DNA from: Amoebidium appalachense
Taxonomy: Eukaryota; Protista; Ichthyosporea
Direction: 5' to 3'
Length of the DNA: 64,000 nucleotides
Assembly: GCA_963693365.1 (NCBI GenBank)
Contig: CAVNZM010000002.1
Span: forward strand, 14,355,615 to 14,419,614
The notes beneath the pieces were generated by a model. It did no database searches, had not been told where the DNA came from, and saw nothing but the letters and a program-made list of their open reading frames with translations. This document shows positions 30,721-60,628 of this stretch, piece after piece. Within the stretch, counting starts at the first letter, position 1. Every line of letters begins with the position of its first letter. The translations under genes and the position numbers were made by a program.

Positions 30721-33700
30721 CCCCCACTTGCACTGTGTACGAATATACTCTAAGTGTATTCTCTATTGCGAATATATTCTAACTGTATTCTCTATCGCAT
30801 GAATAATCATGTCTACACTACACACTCGGTTGACTGAGTCAGATGAGGCAAGGCCCCCCAATCCTACATCTGTACGACATCTAGCTAAGTCCTAGGCAAA
30901 TACTTAACATTGTATAGGGCCACCTAGTAGCTGTCCTTCGTGTGGTATTCTCATGAGTGAGGCTGGTTCTCACTCCGTCATGCTGATGCCCTGGCGATGC
31001 ATGACAATCTTGTTCCGTCCTAGTGCCTTGCAATTGGTGCACATGTCGGCAACGTTACTGTTGGTGCTGCAATAAACGAGTTCCACATCCCCATTCTCGA
31101 TGCATTCTCTTATATGATGATGCTCGGCATCTATTTGCTCTATTCTGTGCAGGAATGCAGGGTTGTTGGCTATCTCGATACAGGCCATATTGTCGGCGTG
31201 AATGACCATGGGTTCCTCCGTGCTGTAACCCAAGTCTTGCAGCAGTTGTCTTAACCACTTTGCTTCCTTTACTGCTTGACACGTTGCCACATACTCTGCC
31301 TCTGTTGATGACAGTGTGACGGCTGTTTGCTGCTTGCTGCTCCTGCTGATGGCTGCGCCGTTGGCTGTGAAGATAAATCCACTTGTCGATCTCCTGTTGT
31401 CGACATTGCCGGCGTAGTCGCTGTCAGTGAATCCCACCACTGACAAATCGTTGTTGCTGCCTGCCCGGTAGGTGATGCCGTTGCTGGCTGTTCCCTTTAG
31501 GTAACGGAGCAGATGTTTAAGTGCCTCCCAATGTTGTCTCCCTGGGTTAATGCTCGTGAACTTGGCCAGTGCCCCCACTGCTTGGGCTATGTCTGGTCTT
31601 GTCGCCACCATCGCGTACATTACACTGCCGATGACGCTGGCGTATGGCACTGCTCTCATGTCGTTTCTCTCCTCCTCAGTTCTGGACACATGCTTCGACT
31701 TCGCACGCATCCCTCTGGTAGAGGTGTTGACTTAAGCTTGGCTTGGCATTCTGTCATTCCGTACCGTTGCAGCACATTCTTGATGTAGCTCTCTTGTGAC
31801 AGTTTGATGTCACCGGTGGTTGGGTCACGGGCTACTTGCACTCCGAGTAGTAGACGTGGTTCGCCGATTACTTTGATGCTGAAGTACCTGCTCAGCTGTG
31901 CAACAAACTCGTCCACTTGCTGTTGATTTGTTGCTGCCACTATCATGTCGTCCACATATACTGCTACCACCGTCTTACTGCCGTTATTCTCCTTGATGTA
32001 AACATACTGGTCGGAGCTGCACCTTGTGAAGCCACTGGCAATCATGGCCTCATTCATCTTGATGTTCCATGCTCGTGCAGATTGCTTGTAGATCTCCTCG
32101 GTGATGTCCCCGTTGGGAAAAGTTGCCTCGAGATTCATCTGCACTACTTTCAGTCTTTCCGCCGCTGCTATCGCCAACAACAGTCTGAAACTCGTAAATC
32201 TTGCCCCTGGGGCAAACGTTTGGGCATATTCTATTCCCTCTTTCCACTCATGTCCGTCCGGTCGAGTTAGTGCCTGCTGCACTGTGATGGGGTCGTTCTC
32301 GTTTGCCTGCTCTATGGCCAAGCTGTCACTCTCTGCTCTGATGCCCTCATTCCTGCCGGATCGTGTGTTGATGGTTGGATACTCTCCCCTGCCGTGTTGA
32401 TGCTCGTCACGGTCTGGCTCTTCTGGTATCCGGTCTCTTGCTTCCCCCCACTCGTTGTCTGATTCGTCGTCTGCTGCGAATTCTGCAATGGTGGGTGCTT
32501 CGACGATCGTGTCGTCCGCGCTCTCGTGGCGCTGTCGTGGCCCCCGGCACTGGCATCCAGATTGGAATTCAAATTTTTTGCCAGTCTTGTTACCGATTGG
32601 CTCCCTGAATTCTGGATCTGCCGATCTCTGATTGGCTGCGTTTCCACATGTCTTCTGCATACCGTCGTAGATCCTTCTGCTCGCCCTCTCGCTCGATGTC
32701 GGCGGTGATCATACTAATAAACACTCTCGGACTTGGATATGGGCATAACGGTGATTCGGTATAGGCCGTCCTCCTCTCTGCCCACTATCCTATCCTCACC
32801 GGTGCTGTCCTGGACTGCACAAGTGCCGTTGCCTCTGATGCTCACGCAGAGGCCTCCCTTCCTGGCTTTTGATGCTGAAATGACGTTGGTCCCAAACTCA
32901 GGGGTGAACAACACGTTCTCCAAGGTGAAGACGCCTTCCTCTCCCTTGACACATGCAGTCAACGTGACACTGCCTATGCCTGATGCCAGGATTGTGCTCT
33001 AGGTGTTACCCAAGATGATGTTCCGAGGTGTGATAGGGTGGAATGTCGAAAACCATTCCCTCCGACAGCACATGTGTGATGTTGCTCCACTGTCGAAGTA
33101 CCAACCATCTGGTAAGGCTGTGTCCTTTTGCCTTGCCGTTCCCGCCATAAAGACCATCGGTTCTCTATCGTAGTTGTAGTTGCGCTGGGGCTGTAGCTTC
33201 TTGCCGTTGATGTGTTTCTTGGACCGGCACTCATTTGCTTTGTGGCCAATCTTGCCATATCTGTAGCACGTCAAGCTCTTGGGCTTGTCACTCTCTTCCG
33301 CTGGCTGCCGTGGCTGCTGCGCCGGTTGACGGCTCCTTGCCAGCATGGCGTTTTCCGCCTCGTTCAGTTCTCTCTGCTTCTCGTGCGCCCGCAGTCTGGA
33401 GAGGACTCTCGCCATTGTCTGCTCTGATGTCGGCAATGCACCGATCACCATGCAGATCTGGTCGATCGAGGGTCTGAGGAGCTGCTGCGCCACTAGCTCA
33501 TCTGGCTGTGGCATACTCACGTTTTATCTCGCGTAGGTGTTGCGCGATACCTGCCTTGATGCGAAATCTAACACCTTCTCAGTGGGCTTAATCTTGGCCT
33601 GGCTGAATTCGGATGTCAGCAGGCTCCAGTTCGCATCTGATTTTTCTGCGTTCTTCTCAGCTATCTTCTCCCAAAGGGCTTGGGGATCTCCAGCGTTGAT

Positions 33701-33996
33701 AGCTGACATGAAGAGCATCACCAGTGTGTTGCTCAGCGCACCGACGATGTAGTTCAGGGTCCGCTGCTTCTCTTCTGCAGCCAGCGCTGAATTGCTTGCT
33801 GGCCTAGTCGCCTTCCATAAGCCCTCGCCCTGTAGGAAGCACTTCACCCTCAGACGCCATAGCTGGAAGGAGATGCCAGTGTCGCCTCCGTCGAACTTCT
33901 CAACGTCCCACCTCGTGTTCTTCGTCATCGTCGTGTCGTTTATATGTCCTCTGTCGTCGCGTCGTTTCCGCGTTGATCTGGGCCTATAACCGTGCA

Positions 33997-34237
33997 CGTG
34001 GTAACAACGGTTTGCCTGACATTCGAGATTGATCCTGATTGGTAAATCTAATTCTAGTGACGTCAATACATGTCTATCTACCAATCACATTACACCATCG
34101 AATGTTCTAGATCTATCGCGATCTACCGTGAATATCCCTGAATATACAAGATATCACCTATGACTAGTATACACTTATCTATGCATTATTCTATCACTAA
34201 TACCGAGTACACAGGGCTTACTATTCCAATACTATGG
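33997..34237 (-). repeat. 5' LTR of the copia element, with an internal deletion and a damaged outer end
   Basis: Lacks ~45 bp present in the other LTR, including its TATATAA, and lacks the terminal ATTCTAACA. Confidence 0.8.
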
Positions 34238-34315
34238 GTGCCCCCGGCGCAGTCCTGCCCCTTTCGGGAATTCCTGTAGAATTTGCCATCCACACACTAA
34301 CCATACACACGCACG

Positions 34316-34346
<31 letters not shown>

Positions 34347-34715
34347 GCCCACACACACACACAGAGAGAAGTACATGCACACACGCACACAGACACACGT
34401 ACGCGTACACACAGGTACACATTGCCTGTCAAAGTTTTCTTACACTCATCTTGACCCCCCCCCCCCTCCCCCCCCCCCTCCCCCCCCCCCCCCCCACCTC
34501 CCCGCTGCCGCCGCCGCCGCCAAAAAAAAAAAACTTCATCATGCAATGACGAAGCAATTGCAACACACTGTCAGGCCACACCAAATACTGTAAGAAACAC
34601 ATTCGCACACACACGCACACGCACAACACCACCCTCCTCTTCGAATTTAAGATTTTTGACGAAAAACCCATGCCCTGCGGCCCGCGCGGCGAAAATTATC
34701 TGTGAGGGGAAGATG

Positions 34716-34768
<53 letters not shown>

Positions 34769-35225
34769 ATGTGGGGGGGGGGGGGGGGGGGGGGGGGGGA
34801 TGGGGGTGGGACGGACAGACGTGGGAGGACACTTATAGTTGACAGGAAAACGGCGCTCACATAGACATCAAACAGAATAGGTATTTATTCATTTATAGAG
34901 TTATGATGGCGAGCTATATAGCATATGCAAGCCCCCCCAATTTTTGATGTTTCACAAATTTTACACTTTGATAAAATTAAGCGGAAAAAAATTCCAGAAT
35001 GTAGTTGCACGGCAGAGAAACAGCTTCGACAGAGAGCAATATTTCTTCATATGTACCTCAAATTAAATACGCAGGTGGCAGGCCAAACAATATTCCTATG
35101 CTTTTCAGCCCCCTTGCCCCTTGGTCTTTCCTATACCCAGAAAAATTCATGCATACATTTACCCCCCCCCCCCCCCTCCTTCCCCCCCCCCCCCCCCCCC
35201 CCCCTCTCCCCCCCCCCCCTCCTCC

Positions 35226-35283
<58 letters not shown>

Positions 35284-35418
35284 ACCACCACCACCACCAC
35301 CACCACCACCACCACCACCACCACCACCCACCCACCCACCCACCCACCCACCCACACCTAAAAAAAAAAAAAAAAAAAAAAAAACTGCTTGCATGGCATT
35401 GCAAGTTGCACCCAACCG

Positions 35419-51724
<16,306 letters not shown>

Positions 51725-52099
51725 GCCTCCTCAGACCTTGAGGACCAACCGTTAGTTCAAATATTTACGGGTATTAAAATAATGTCACTGCTTAAGCTTC
51801 GGCACACGGGTGGCACAGGTTTGAAACCTGCTCGCTTGGCAACGGGCTGCAATGAGTCAGCAGTGCAACTGAAGGCGAATACCCGCGGGACGGGAGAAAC
51901 CGGGGGACGGCTGGCGAATGGAGAGGCACACTGTGTTGTAGGTACGGTGGGGAGGGGGGAGGGGGCCCCCCCCCGCCGGGGGGGGGGGGGGGGGGGTTGT
52001 TACCTGTCTGTTGTCTAACGTTCATGCACCCAACCTGCTCTTGTGGCGGAACTTCTTGATCACGGACGATCGAGTAAGGGGACAGTGAGAATTTCACTG

Positions 52100-52400
52100 A
52101 GAAAGACGAATGAAAGAAACGTTGTGATGTGCTGATGTTTTGGGCCAGTTTCGATCAGTGTGACGCGGCAGCTACCATTACGTAAGCTCTTGTAGAGAAA
52201 AGCCTTTTCCTATTGGTTGTAAGGGCATTACGTAACAAACAAAAACGCTCCTATTGGCTTAGAGCGCTTCATTCGGGGCTTGAAAATGTTCTGTTTCATT
52301 TCCTGTCGTGCTGTCGACGCGAAGGGCTGCGCTGAAATAATCCCGTTCTCCCAACTTAGATCCGAAATATTGCACACTTGATCTAAGGCCATCTGCTCTC
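52100..52400. promoter_or_regulatory. Probable bidirectional promoter between DIS3L2 and TAF12
   Basis: Head-to-head genes with a repeat-free spacer. It has two CATTACGTAA (52176, 52227), each followed by CCTATTGG, an inverted CCAAT (52209, 52250). Confidence 0.6.
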
Positions 52401-52530
52401 TCTAGAACCACATATTTTTTCTCTTTTTTTGGCTCTGTCTCGGCAGCAAGGCGCCATCGTCTTGCCCACGCTTGTTATTCATTTTTCCCATCGATCCACT
52501 GACTACACCGTTACACCACACACCGATCAC

Positions 52531-52776
52531 ATGTATCCCAGTAGAGGTCCAGGCATGGTTAGGCCCCCTCAGGCGCAATTCAGGCCGCCTGGGCAACCAT
52601 GGGGGCACCCTGCCCCGCCCCCCCGCCCAGCACTGAGCCCGGCATTGGTCCGGCCAGCTCTGCCAAAGGACACGGACCAGGTGGGTGTGACCGAAACATG
52701 GGTTGTGTCTACGGGCAAATAAGAGAGTACGTGTGTACAGGCCACTAATAAACTTTTCTAAGGGTGAGTGGGAGTA

Positions 52777-52812
<36 letters not shown>

Positions 52813-52906
52813 GGGGGGTTAGGAGGGGGAGAGAGAGGGCAAGGAGGAAGGTAAATGATGAGGTGAACGGAAGAGGGCAGAGAGAAAAGCAGTGAGAGAG
52901 GTGAAT

Positions 52907-52940
<34 letters not shown>

Positions 52941-54145
52941 GGATGCGCGCGCGCGCGTGTATGGGGGGAGGCTTGAGAAAGGGGCAAGTGGGGGGCAAGC
53001 GGGAAAGGGATGAGAGAGAGTGTGTGTGAGAGATGGAGAAGGGCAGGGAGGGAGGGAGGGAATGGAAGGGGGTGAAGGGGAGGAAAGAGAGCAAGGGAGG
53101 AAGGACCCAGGGGGGGAGGGGGAGGGGGGGGGGGAGGGGGAAGAGGAAGGGGGGACGGGGAGAGATGAAGAGAAAGGGCGTGGGAGGGAGGGAACGTGGG
53201 TGTGTATATGTAGGGGAGGGGGGGGGGGGGGAGGGGGGGAGAAGTAGAGGTGAGGGGAGAGGGGGGAGAGGGATATTGGGCAGGAGGGAAAGGGAGAGGG
53301 GATGCACGGGTATGTGCGTGCCAGCGTGTGCACTTGGATGATGCAAAGCACAGAGGCAGAGGTGGTGGGGGAGAATGTGTCTGCTGCAGAGATATATGCG
53401 CCGAGAGATAGTTTAAACTTGTACGGAAACCACTTGTGAATGAGGACACTGTCTTTTCTATACAGGGCATCTGGTTTTTGTTCTTTCCATTGCTTTTCAT
53501 GTACATCGCTGCACTGCACTCCCATGCTTGCTGTGACTTTCCCCTCATACGAAAAAGGAGACTATCCACACTCTCGGGGTAATATATGTTTAGTTTCATG
53601 TTTTGCCCCAGTTAAGCTAGCAATAGAGAACATCTGCTCTTCTCACTTGCGCTTCTTTTTTCTGCCTTTCGTGTTGTCATTTTCTTTTCACGGTAAATCA
53701 TCAAATTGTCGGTCTTTGCCTCACATCTGTCCATTCTCCTTGAGTAGGTGTGCACATGTTTGTGTAGAGTGGCTTCTCTGGTTTGTCGCCGAGATATGTT
53801 GGTAACCTCCTCTCCCGCCCTGTGTACTCCCCCCCCTCCCTCCCCCCCCCCCCTTCCCCGGGTGATTTTGTCTTTCTCCCTCTTGAGTGCATGCCCGTGC
53901 GTGTCTGCATGTCTTTCTTTGTCTCTTCCTCGTGTGCACATGCCCGGGCATGTGCGTGTGTCCATCTGTCTGTTTCCCTCTTGTTTGCATGCCCGTGTGT
54001 GTGTTCGTGTGAATGAGCTTACCCGTGCCTGCATGGCCCTCTGGTGCAACACGCATGCTGTTTTGATTGCCTGTCTACCTTTGCCTTTCTTGTGTTAACT
54101 CTGCTACGCCTAGTTATTTTCTCGGTTGTCACCCCTTCCTCCCCT

Positions 54146-54181
<36 letters not shown>

Positions 54182-56732
54182 CGCCTTCCCCTCCCCCCAT
54201 AGACCTCCCTTTTTTGACCACCTCGAATAAATTTTGCTGTATGTTGCTCCTTGGTGACATCCCCCCAACCCAATCCTCACCTAAAGTATCCCCCTTCCCC
54301 CCCCCCCCCCCCCCCCTCCCCCCCCCCTCCTTTCCAACCCCCCACCCTCCCCTCCCCTTTCAACCCCCTCCCCCCCCCCCCCCCCCCCTCCCCCCTTGCT
54401 CACCCACCAAACGCACAATATATAAGGCTCGACGTTAAAAGCTACAGAAACTTTGTCGTTTCCTTTTTTTCTTTCCCCTTCACTTTGTGTGCTTGGAATG
54501 TCTACAACCCCTCCTCCCCCCCCCTCCCTGGCCCCGGGGCCCCCCTCGTGCCCTCATTGACCATGAGCATTACCAACACCAACCGCCACCACCACCATGA
54601 CCACCAGAGCACACTCTCTCCTCAATCCTCTACCGCTACTTACCCGTCTTTCTTTGACCTTTTTTTCCCTCCCCTTTCTGTTCTGGTTATTGATCGTATT
54701 TCTGTGACATGTACGTGGCCTGCTTTTGTCTGCTGGGCTAAATGCCCTTTCTATCGCGTTCTCTCTCTCTCCTGTCCCCTTCCGCCCTCCAACCCCCCCC
54801 CCCCCCAACACACACACACACCAAACCTCATCCCCATTTCATACGCAGACCCCCCCCCCCACCCCACCCCTCCAGCCTCTCCTCACACATGATAAAAGCT
54901 CCTAAATGAGCGAGTGTATCTACAAAATTTCGAAACCAGTGCTGTGTTATGATGTATCAAATCATTGCTTCGTTTCGAGCCCTCTCTAACCAGTTGTGAT
55001 GCATCATGTGGTTGACCTAACACAACCCCCTCCCCCCCCCCTCCCCCCCAGGTCAAAGTTGGGGAGTATGTGCTTCCTCTGGCCCCAGAGACACTTGACA
55101 AGATGTCCCTGGATGATATTCTTGCTGCTGCAAATGTTCTGCGCGCCAGGGTGGGTGAAATTACATATTTCTGAACTGTTTGTCTATGTCCCATGTCCTT
55201 TCCTCCTGTTTTGGTTATCCCTGTCACGTTTACCTGCAACCCCCTTGCTGCTACCACACACACTTTCGTTCAAACCCCCCCCCCCCCCCCCCCCCCCCCA
55301 TAAGCAACCCTGCTCGTCTCTGATCAAGACGGGTGACCTACTCATGTTCAAGTGAAACAGTATCTGAGTTGGGTTTCGTTAACGAGGGGAATAGGTCGAA
55401 ACTCGGGTACTGTGGATGACGTGGGCCCCCCCTGAGGATGGGCTCTGCTTATTATGCATACTCTTTATGTATGGCTTGCATTCTGCATCGTGTTATCCGT
55501 TTGTTCTTGTGTACTTCGTACTTTTTGACGCATTCAAAACCCCCCCTCCCCCCCGTCTCCCCGCCCCACGTCTCCTCCTTCTGCCTCCCCCCGTCCCCCC
55601 TCCCCCTCCTCCCATGGCTCAACCCCCTCCCTTCCCTCCTTGCACTGGTCTCCACCTACTCCCAACCCCTTCTTGCCTTCACACACACACACGCACACAC
55701 ACACAAACACACACAATTTTTGGGAGAGGATCTTTCCTTCTCTCTTCTTTCTCTCCTCGTTCCTTTATTCCTCACCAATTATGTCACCCCATTTGCGATT
55801 CTCTTTCTCCAACGTTATAGATGCACACACAAACTCACATGCCCTAAGTGTGTAAACTTTTTGTCATATTTGTATTTAAATTTCGGCACCGCGATCGGAG
55901 AGGGAGGGGCTGGTTGGTGGCAGTGGCCCGGGAGTGAATGGGTGGGTGGGGGGAGGGGGGGGGGGTGGCGGTGGGGGGGGGGGGGGAGGGGCCAAAAAAT
56001 TCCGTTTGAAAATAAGTTAATTGACGGGGCTGTTTGCACAGCATACGGCCATATGCAGCAGTGAGCAGGCGCTGGGAGCAAGCATCACCCAGCTGCAGAT
56101 GCAGTAGGTATCCTAGATGCAACCGCTTGTGGCCCATATGTCTGCCTCTCTACTTCTCTCTCCCTGTCTCTCCTTCTGTCTTCCTCTCCCCCCAAACCCG
56201 TACCCCCCCCCCCCCTCCGCCCTCTAGTTCCTTCCTTACGTGTGTTTTATTGCGTGCGTGCACACACACATACGTACGTACACGCACATACACACACACA
56301 CACACGCGCGCGCAGATACACAGGCACATGCACCATGTCACGTGCATTACAAAGATCAGCCGTGCACTGCTGCATTAGGCAAACAGGTTCAGCCCCTCAG
56401 TTCGTGTGGTGTTTGCGGTCATGATGGAAGAAATGTGTACAGAGTTCTCAGCATGGTTGTGTGTGCCTGTGTATGCTTGTATCTGTGTTTGCATACATGT
56501 GTATGGATATGTGTGTAGGCCCCTTTTGGGGCGGGGCGGGGGGAGGGGAGGGGAGGGAGAGGGGGGGGGGGGGGGGGGGAGGAGGGGGCTGTGAACAAAG
56601 CCGAATAAGACGGAGGAACGTTGGAAGAGTTGTTTTTAGGGGCAAGGGGATTTTTTCCGATGTGTGTGTGTGTTTAGCCTTAGGCATTTGTCATTTTTGT
56701 TGTTTTTTCTTGTTTCCGTTTCTTCCTTTTTC

Positions 56733-56787
<55 letters not shown>

Positions 56788-56950
56788 CCCCCCCCCCCCC
56801 CCCCCCCCCTCCCCTCCCTCCCCCCATCCCTCATTCACTCATTCACTCACTCCCCCCCCACCCTCCCCTCCCTCGCTCGCTCCCTCCGTCCCTCCCTCAC
56901 CCACTCACCCCCTCCCTCCCTCTCTCCTTCCCTCCCTCCTACCCTGGGGT

Positions 56951-56981
<31 letters not shown>

Positions 56982-59900
56982 GAGGGGGGGGGGAGAGGGG
57001 GGAGGGGAGGGTGTCATGTTAGTAACAGAATGGTCATATAGGGGAGCCATGGGGACGCCTGAGATGCTGCAGAGTCTGGCCCAACAGAAAGCGGAGTTGG
57101 CCCAGCTGGCTGTCATCAAGAGGGCTATAGAGACCGCATACCAGGAGCTGACAAAGGTGGGTGGGTGTGTGTGTGTGTGTGTGGTGGTGGTGGTGGTGGG
57201 GAGGGGGAGGGTTTTGGAGAATGGATGGTGTTGGTCATGGTGGTGGGAGTGCTGGGTGTGTGGGTGTGTTTGTCTTTGTGTGCGTGTTTGGGGGAGAGGG
57301 GGGGGGGGGGGGGGGGGAGGGGGGGGGGGCTGCAGTTGTTGATGAAGGGTCGATCTGAATTGAGGAGCCCCTGGGAATGCTCGGTGGGCAAGGGCTGGAT
57401 GAGGGGGGAGGGCAAGGAGGAAAAGAAAAGGGGGGGGGGGGGATGGGCAAGAAGTTGCCGGACTGTGTCTTCAGAGCGTGGGTGTGCTGTGCGGATGGTG
57501 GTAGTGTTGTTTTGTTTTTTGTTTTTTGTTTTTGTTTTTGTTTTTTTTGTTTTTGTTTTTTTTTGTCGGGGGGAAGGGGGGGGCCGGGGGGGGGGGAAAG
57601 GGGGGGGGGGGAAGGGGGGGGGGGGGGGGAGGTGGCACGGGGACATTCCATCTTTTGTTTCACTTATAGGAACCTGGTTTCCTTATCGCCGTATGCCCTC
57701 CCCCCCCCCACAGGAACATGGGCGCAAAAGAACCATGGCGCAAGCTGCCACACGGCCAGCCGCTGCCACCCCCCAGCAACAACAGCAACAACAACAACGG
57801 CAATACGACGCACAGCCACAACAACACCAACAGCAGCAGCAGCAGCAGCAACAACAACAACATGAACCGGTGTGTTTTCATGTTTTTTCTCTATTTCCTT
57901 GTTGTTGTTGTGCTGCTGGTGGCAGATGTTGGCTTCTCGCTTTTTTCCTTCTCTCTTGTCTTTTCACAAGCACTCGAGAGTTGTGTGTGTGTGTGTTCCT
58001 GCGTGCTTGTGTGCATGGGTTCATGAGTGCGTGTGTGGATGTCTACGTGCCTCTGCGTGGGCGCGGTGCAATGTTTTTTGGGGGGTTGAGAGTGGAGAGG
58101 CAGGAAGGCATTTATCTTTGAACTATTTTTCATTAGGCCCAGGAGGAGTAAGAGATGGTAGTTGTGCGGATATGTAGTGCGTGTTTCCGCGGAAAACACC
58201 GGTTGGTGGGGACGGGGGGGGGGGGGGTGGGGGCTGGTGGAGGGGGGGGTATGCTTGATGGGATGTTACTGAGCATTTAATTCCATTTGTAGGAAGTGCA
58301 AGAAGCAGAACCCGAGGCTCAACAAGAAACACAGGAAAGAGACCCAGTGGTTACGAGAGAGTAAGTATATTGTGTTGAGGCTGTTTCAAACCGTTCGTCA
58401 TGGGTATAATTTTTTTGGTGGAAGTGTAGATATGTTGAGTGAGTGAGGAGGAAGGGGATATGGGAGGCAGGGGGTGAGCGTGCATGGGTACGTGTGTGCA
58501 TTTTGTGATGGGGTGTGTGGTATGTTTGTGTGCCTGTGTATGTGTGTATGCCTGCCCCTTGTCTGTGTATGTGTGTGGTTTGGAAGTGCGTTCATGTGTG
58601 CACATCATCCATCTGCCCTCACCGCCCCCCCCCCCGCCCCCCCCCCCCCCCCCTCTCCCACAAAAAAAAAAAAAAAAAAGAAAAGGAAAAAGAAAGAAAA
58701 AGAAAAATGGAAGAAAAAGAAAGAAAAGAAAAGAAAACTAAAGGACAGAAGAGAAAAAGAAACACACAAAAAAAAAAAAAAAGATTTTCTGTCTGTCCGA
58801 GCACCTTTCACCACACTTGCCTTTGGAGTTGTGTTTTGACCGCTCTTTGGTCTCCCAGGAAGCTACGAGCTCTGGCTGCACAGATTGACCCGACAGCAGA
58901 ACTGACACCAGAGGTGGAGGAGGTAGGTTTTTTTTTTTTTGGCTTCTGTGTTCCATTCGTTTTTCTTGTTTTTTTCTTATAGTTATTTCCTGTGTCCTTG
59001 CGTGCGTGCTTGTGTGCGTGTGGTGGTGGTGGTGATGATGGTGGGTTTTGCGGGTAGGTGTGTGTGTATTGGGGGGGGGAGGGTGGGGGGGGGGGGTTCG
59101 TTATCGACAACTGGGCGTCTCTGTGCCTAAACGAGCCAATGCTGTATAAATGCATGCCAATGTGGCAACCCCTCGGGCCGGGAAGGGGGGGGGGGGGGGG
59201 GGGGGGGAGGCAGGGGAGGCATTTGTCTCTGTGTGTGCATGTGCGTATGATTATATGTGTTTTGTAAAGGAGGTGGGGGGGTATTTTGGGGGGGGAACGA
59301 GGAAGGAAAAGGGGGTGGGGAAGGGTGGGTGGGTTGTTTTACTAGCAGATGTCCTGCTTCCTGTTGATGTTAGATCGACCATGAAGAAAGCTTTGCGCTC
59401 TCCCAAATCGTTTTCATAATACAAAGATAGCAGTTTAAAACTTGACCTGCATAGAAGTCTGTCTGTTTCGCGATATTGAGTAGTGGGCTACGACGTACAA
59501 CATTGCCTGATATTGGTAGGTGGGGTCAATTGTTTGGGCCAATAAATAACCACGTTCGTCATTGATTCTGTCGAGGGGAGAGAGCGGTGGTGAGATTGAA
59601 GGGGTCTCCGGGGGCGGCACTTGGTTTCCCCCCTCTGCTGTGTTAGCAGATCTGTCATGGTATTGCGTGGCATCAAGTGGTGGTGTTTTTCTTTTTGCCG
59701 TTAGACAGAGCGTCTAGTGCATGCAAACAAACAAACATTTTCCTCTGCAGATGTTTGTGCTGTTTGCGGAAGAGTTTGTGGAGGACATGGCCAAGTATGC
59801 GTGTTCCTTTGCAAAGCACCGCAAGGCAACCAGTGTGGAAGCAAGTGATCTCATCACCCATCTAGGTGAACAACCCCCCCCCCCCCCCCCCCCCCCCCAC

Positions 59901-60265
59901 CCCTCCCCCCTGCCCTTCTCCCCCTTGGCTGCCGCCAGGAACTCACACACACACACACACGCATGCACACACACGTATACACACACACACACACACATAC
60001 ACACACACACACGCTCACTCACTCACTCACACTCACTCACACTCCCATACAAACATTCACTCACTCACTCACTTACTCACTCGTGTACTTACTCACTCAC
60101 TTGTCATATTCACGCTCATTCATACTCAACGTGCCTTTCGTCTATTCCGACCCTGTTGTCGTGACCACAAAGTACTCGCATATGTATTTTTGGCACGCGT
60201 ATCTGCGCAGGGCAATACGCATACACCCATTCGCACACACATCCGTATGTGTGCACACACACGCG

Positions 60266-60352
<87 letters not shown>

Positions 60353-60628
60353 ACACACATTCACTCACACAAGCAAGCACGTACACACACACACACATAC
60401 ACAGGCGCGTGTGTGCCCCCCCCCCCCCCCCCCCCCGTTCACACACACTCACACACATGCATACACACTGACAATCACTCTTCTACCCATATAGGTGTCA
60501 ATTGGAACATGCGTGTTGCCGGATTTGCAGCCGACCCAGGCAAACCACGGCAGGGGGGAACCGTAGCGCACCGCAACAGGGTGGCAAACATACAGAAGGC
60601 TGCAGCGGGGCCTGCACCACGGCGCTAA
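52531..60628 (+). CDS. TAF12: TFIID/SAGA subunit TAF12 (histone fold) with a Pro/Gln-rich N-terminal extension
   Basis: Exons 52531-52680, 55052-55150, 56042-56103, 57042-57156, 57714-57869, 58293-58360, 58859-58922, 59751-59865 and 60495-60628 join in frame. KLRALAAQIDPTAELTPEVEEMFVLFAEEFVEDMAKYACSFAKHRKATSVEASDLITHLGVNWNMRVAGF...AHRNRVANIQK is the TAF12 signature. Confidence 0.9.
55300..55539 (+). mobile_element. ~240 bp dispersed repeat between poly(C) tracts, full-length copy B
   Basis: Same start (CATAAG) and same end as 15844-16083; lies in TAF12 intron 2. Confidence 0.8.

Larger units (their letters stand above)
30424..34237 (-). mobile_element. Degenerate Ty1/copia LTR retrotransposon
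   Basis: LTRs at 30424-30720 (TG...CA) and ~33997-34237. PBS GGTTATAGGCCCAG at 33978-33991. PPT AGTGGGGG at 30721-30728. Coding motifs: gag VEKFDG, knuckle CYRYGKIGHKANEC, protease WYFDSGATSHMC, RT YVDD, RNase H GFTDSDYAG...RRSTSG...SSTEAEY. Several frameshifts; no integrase core. Confidence 0.92.
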
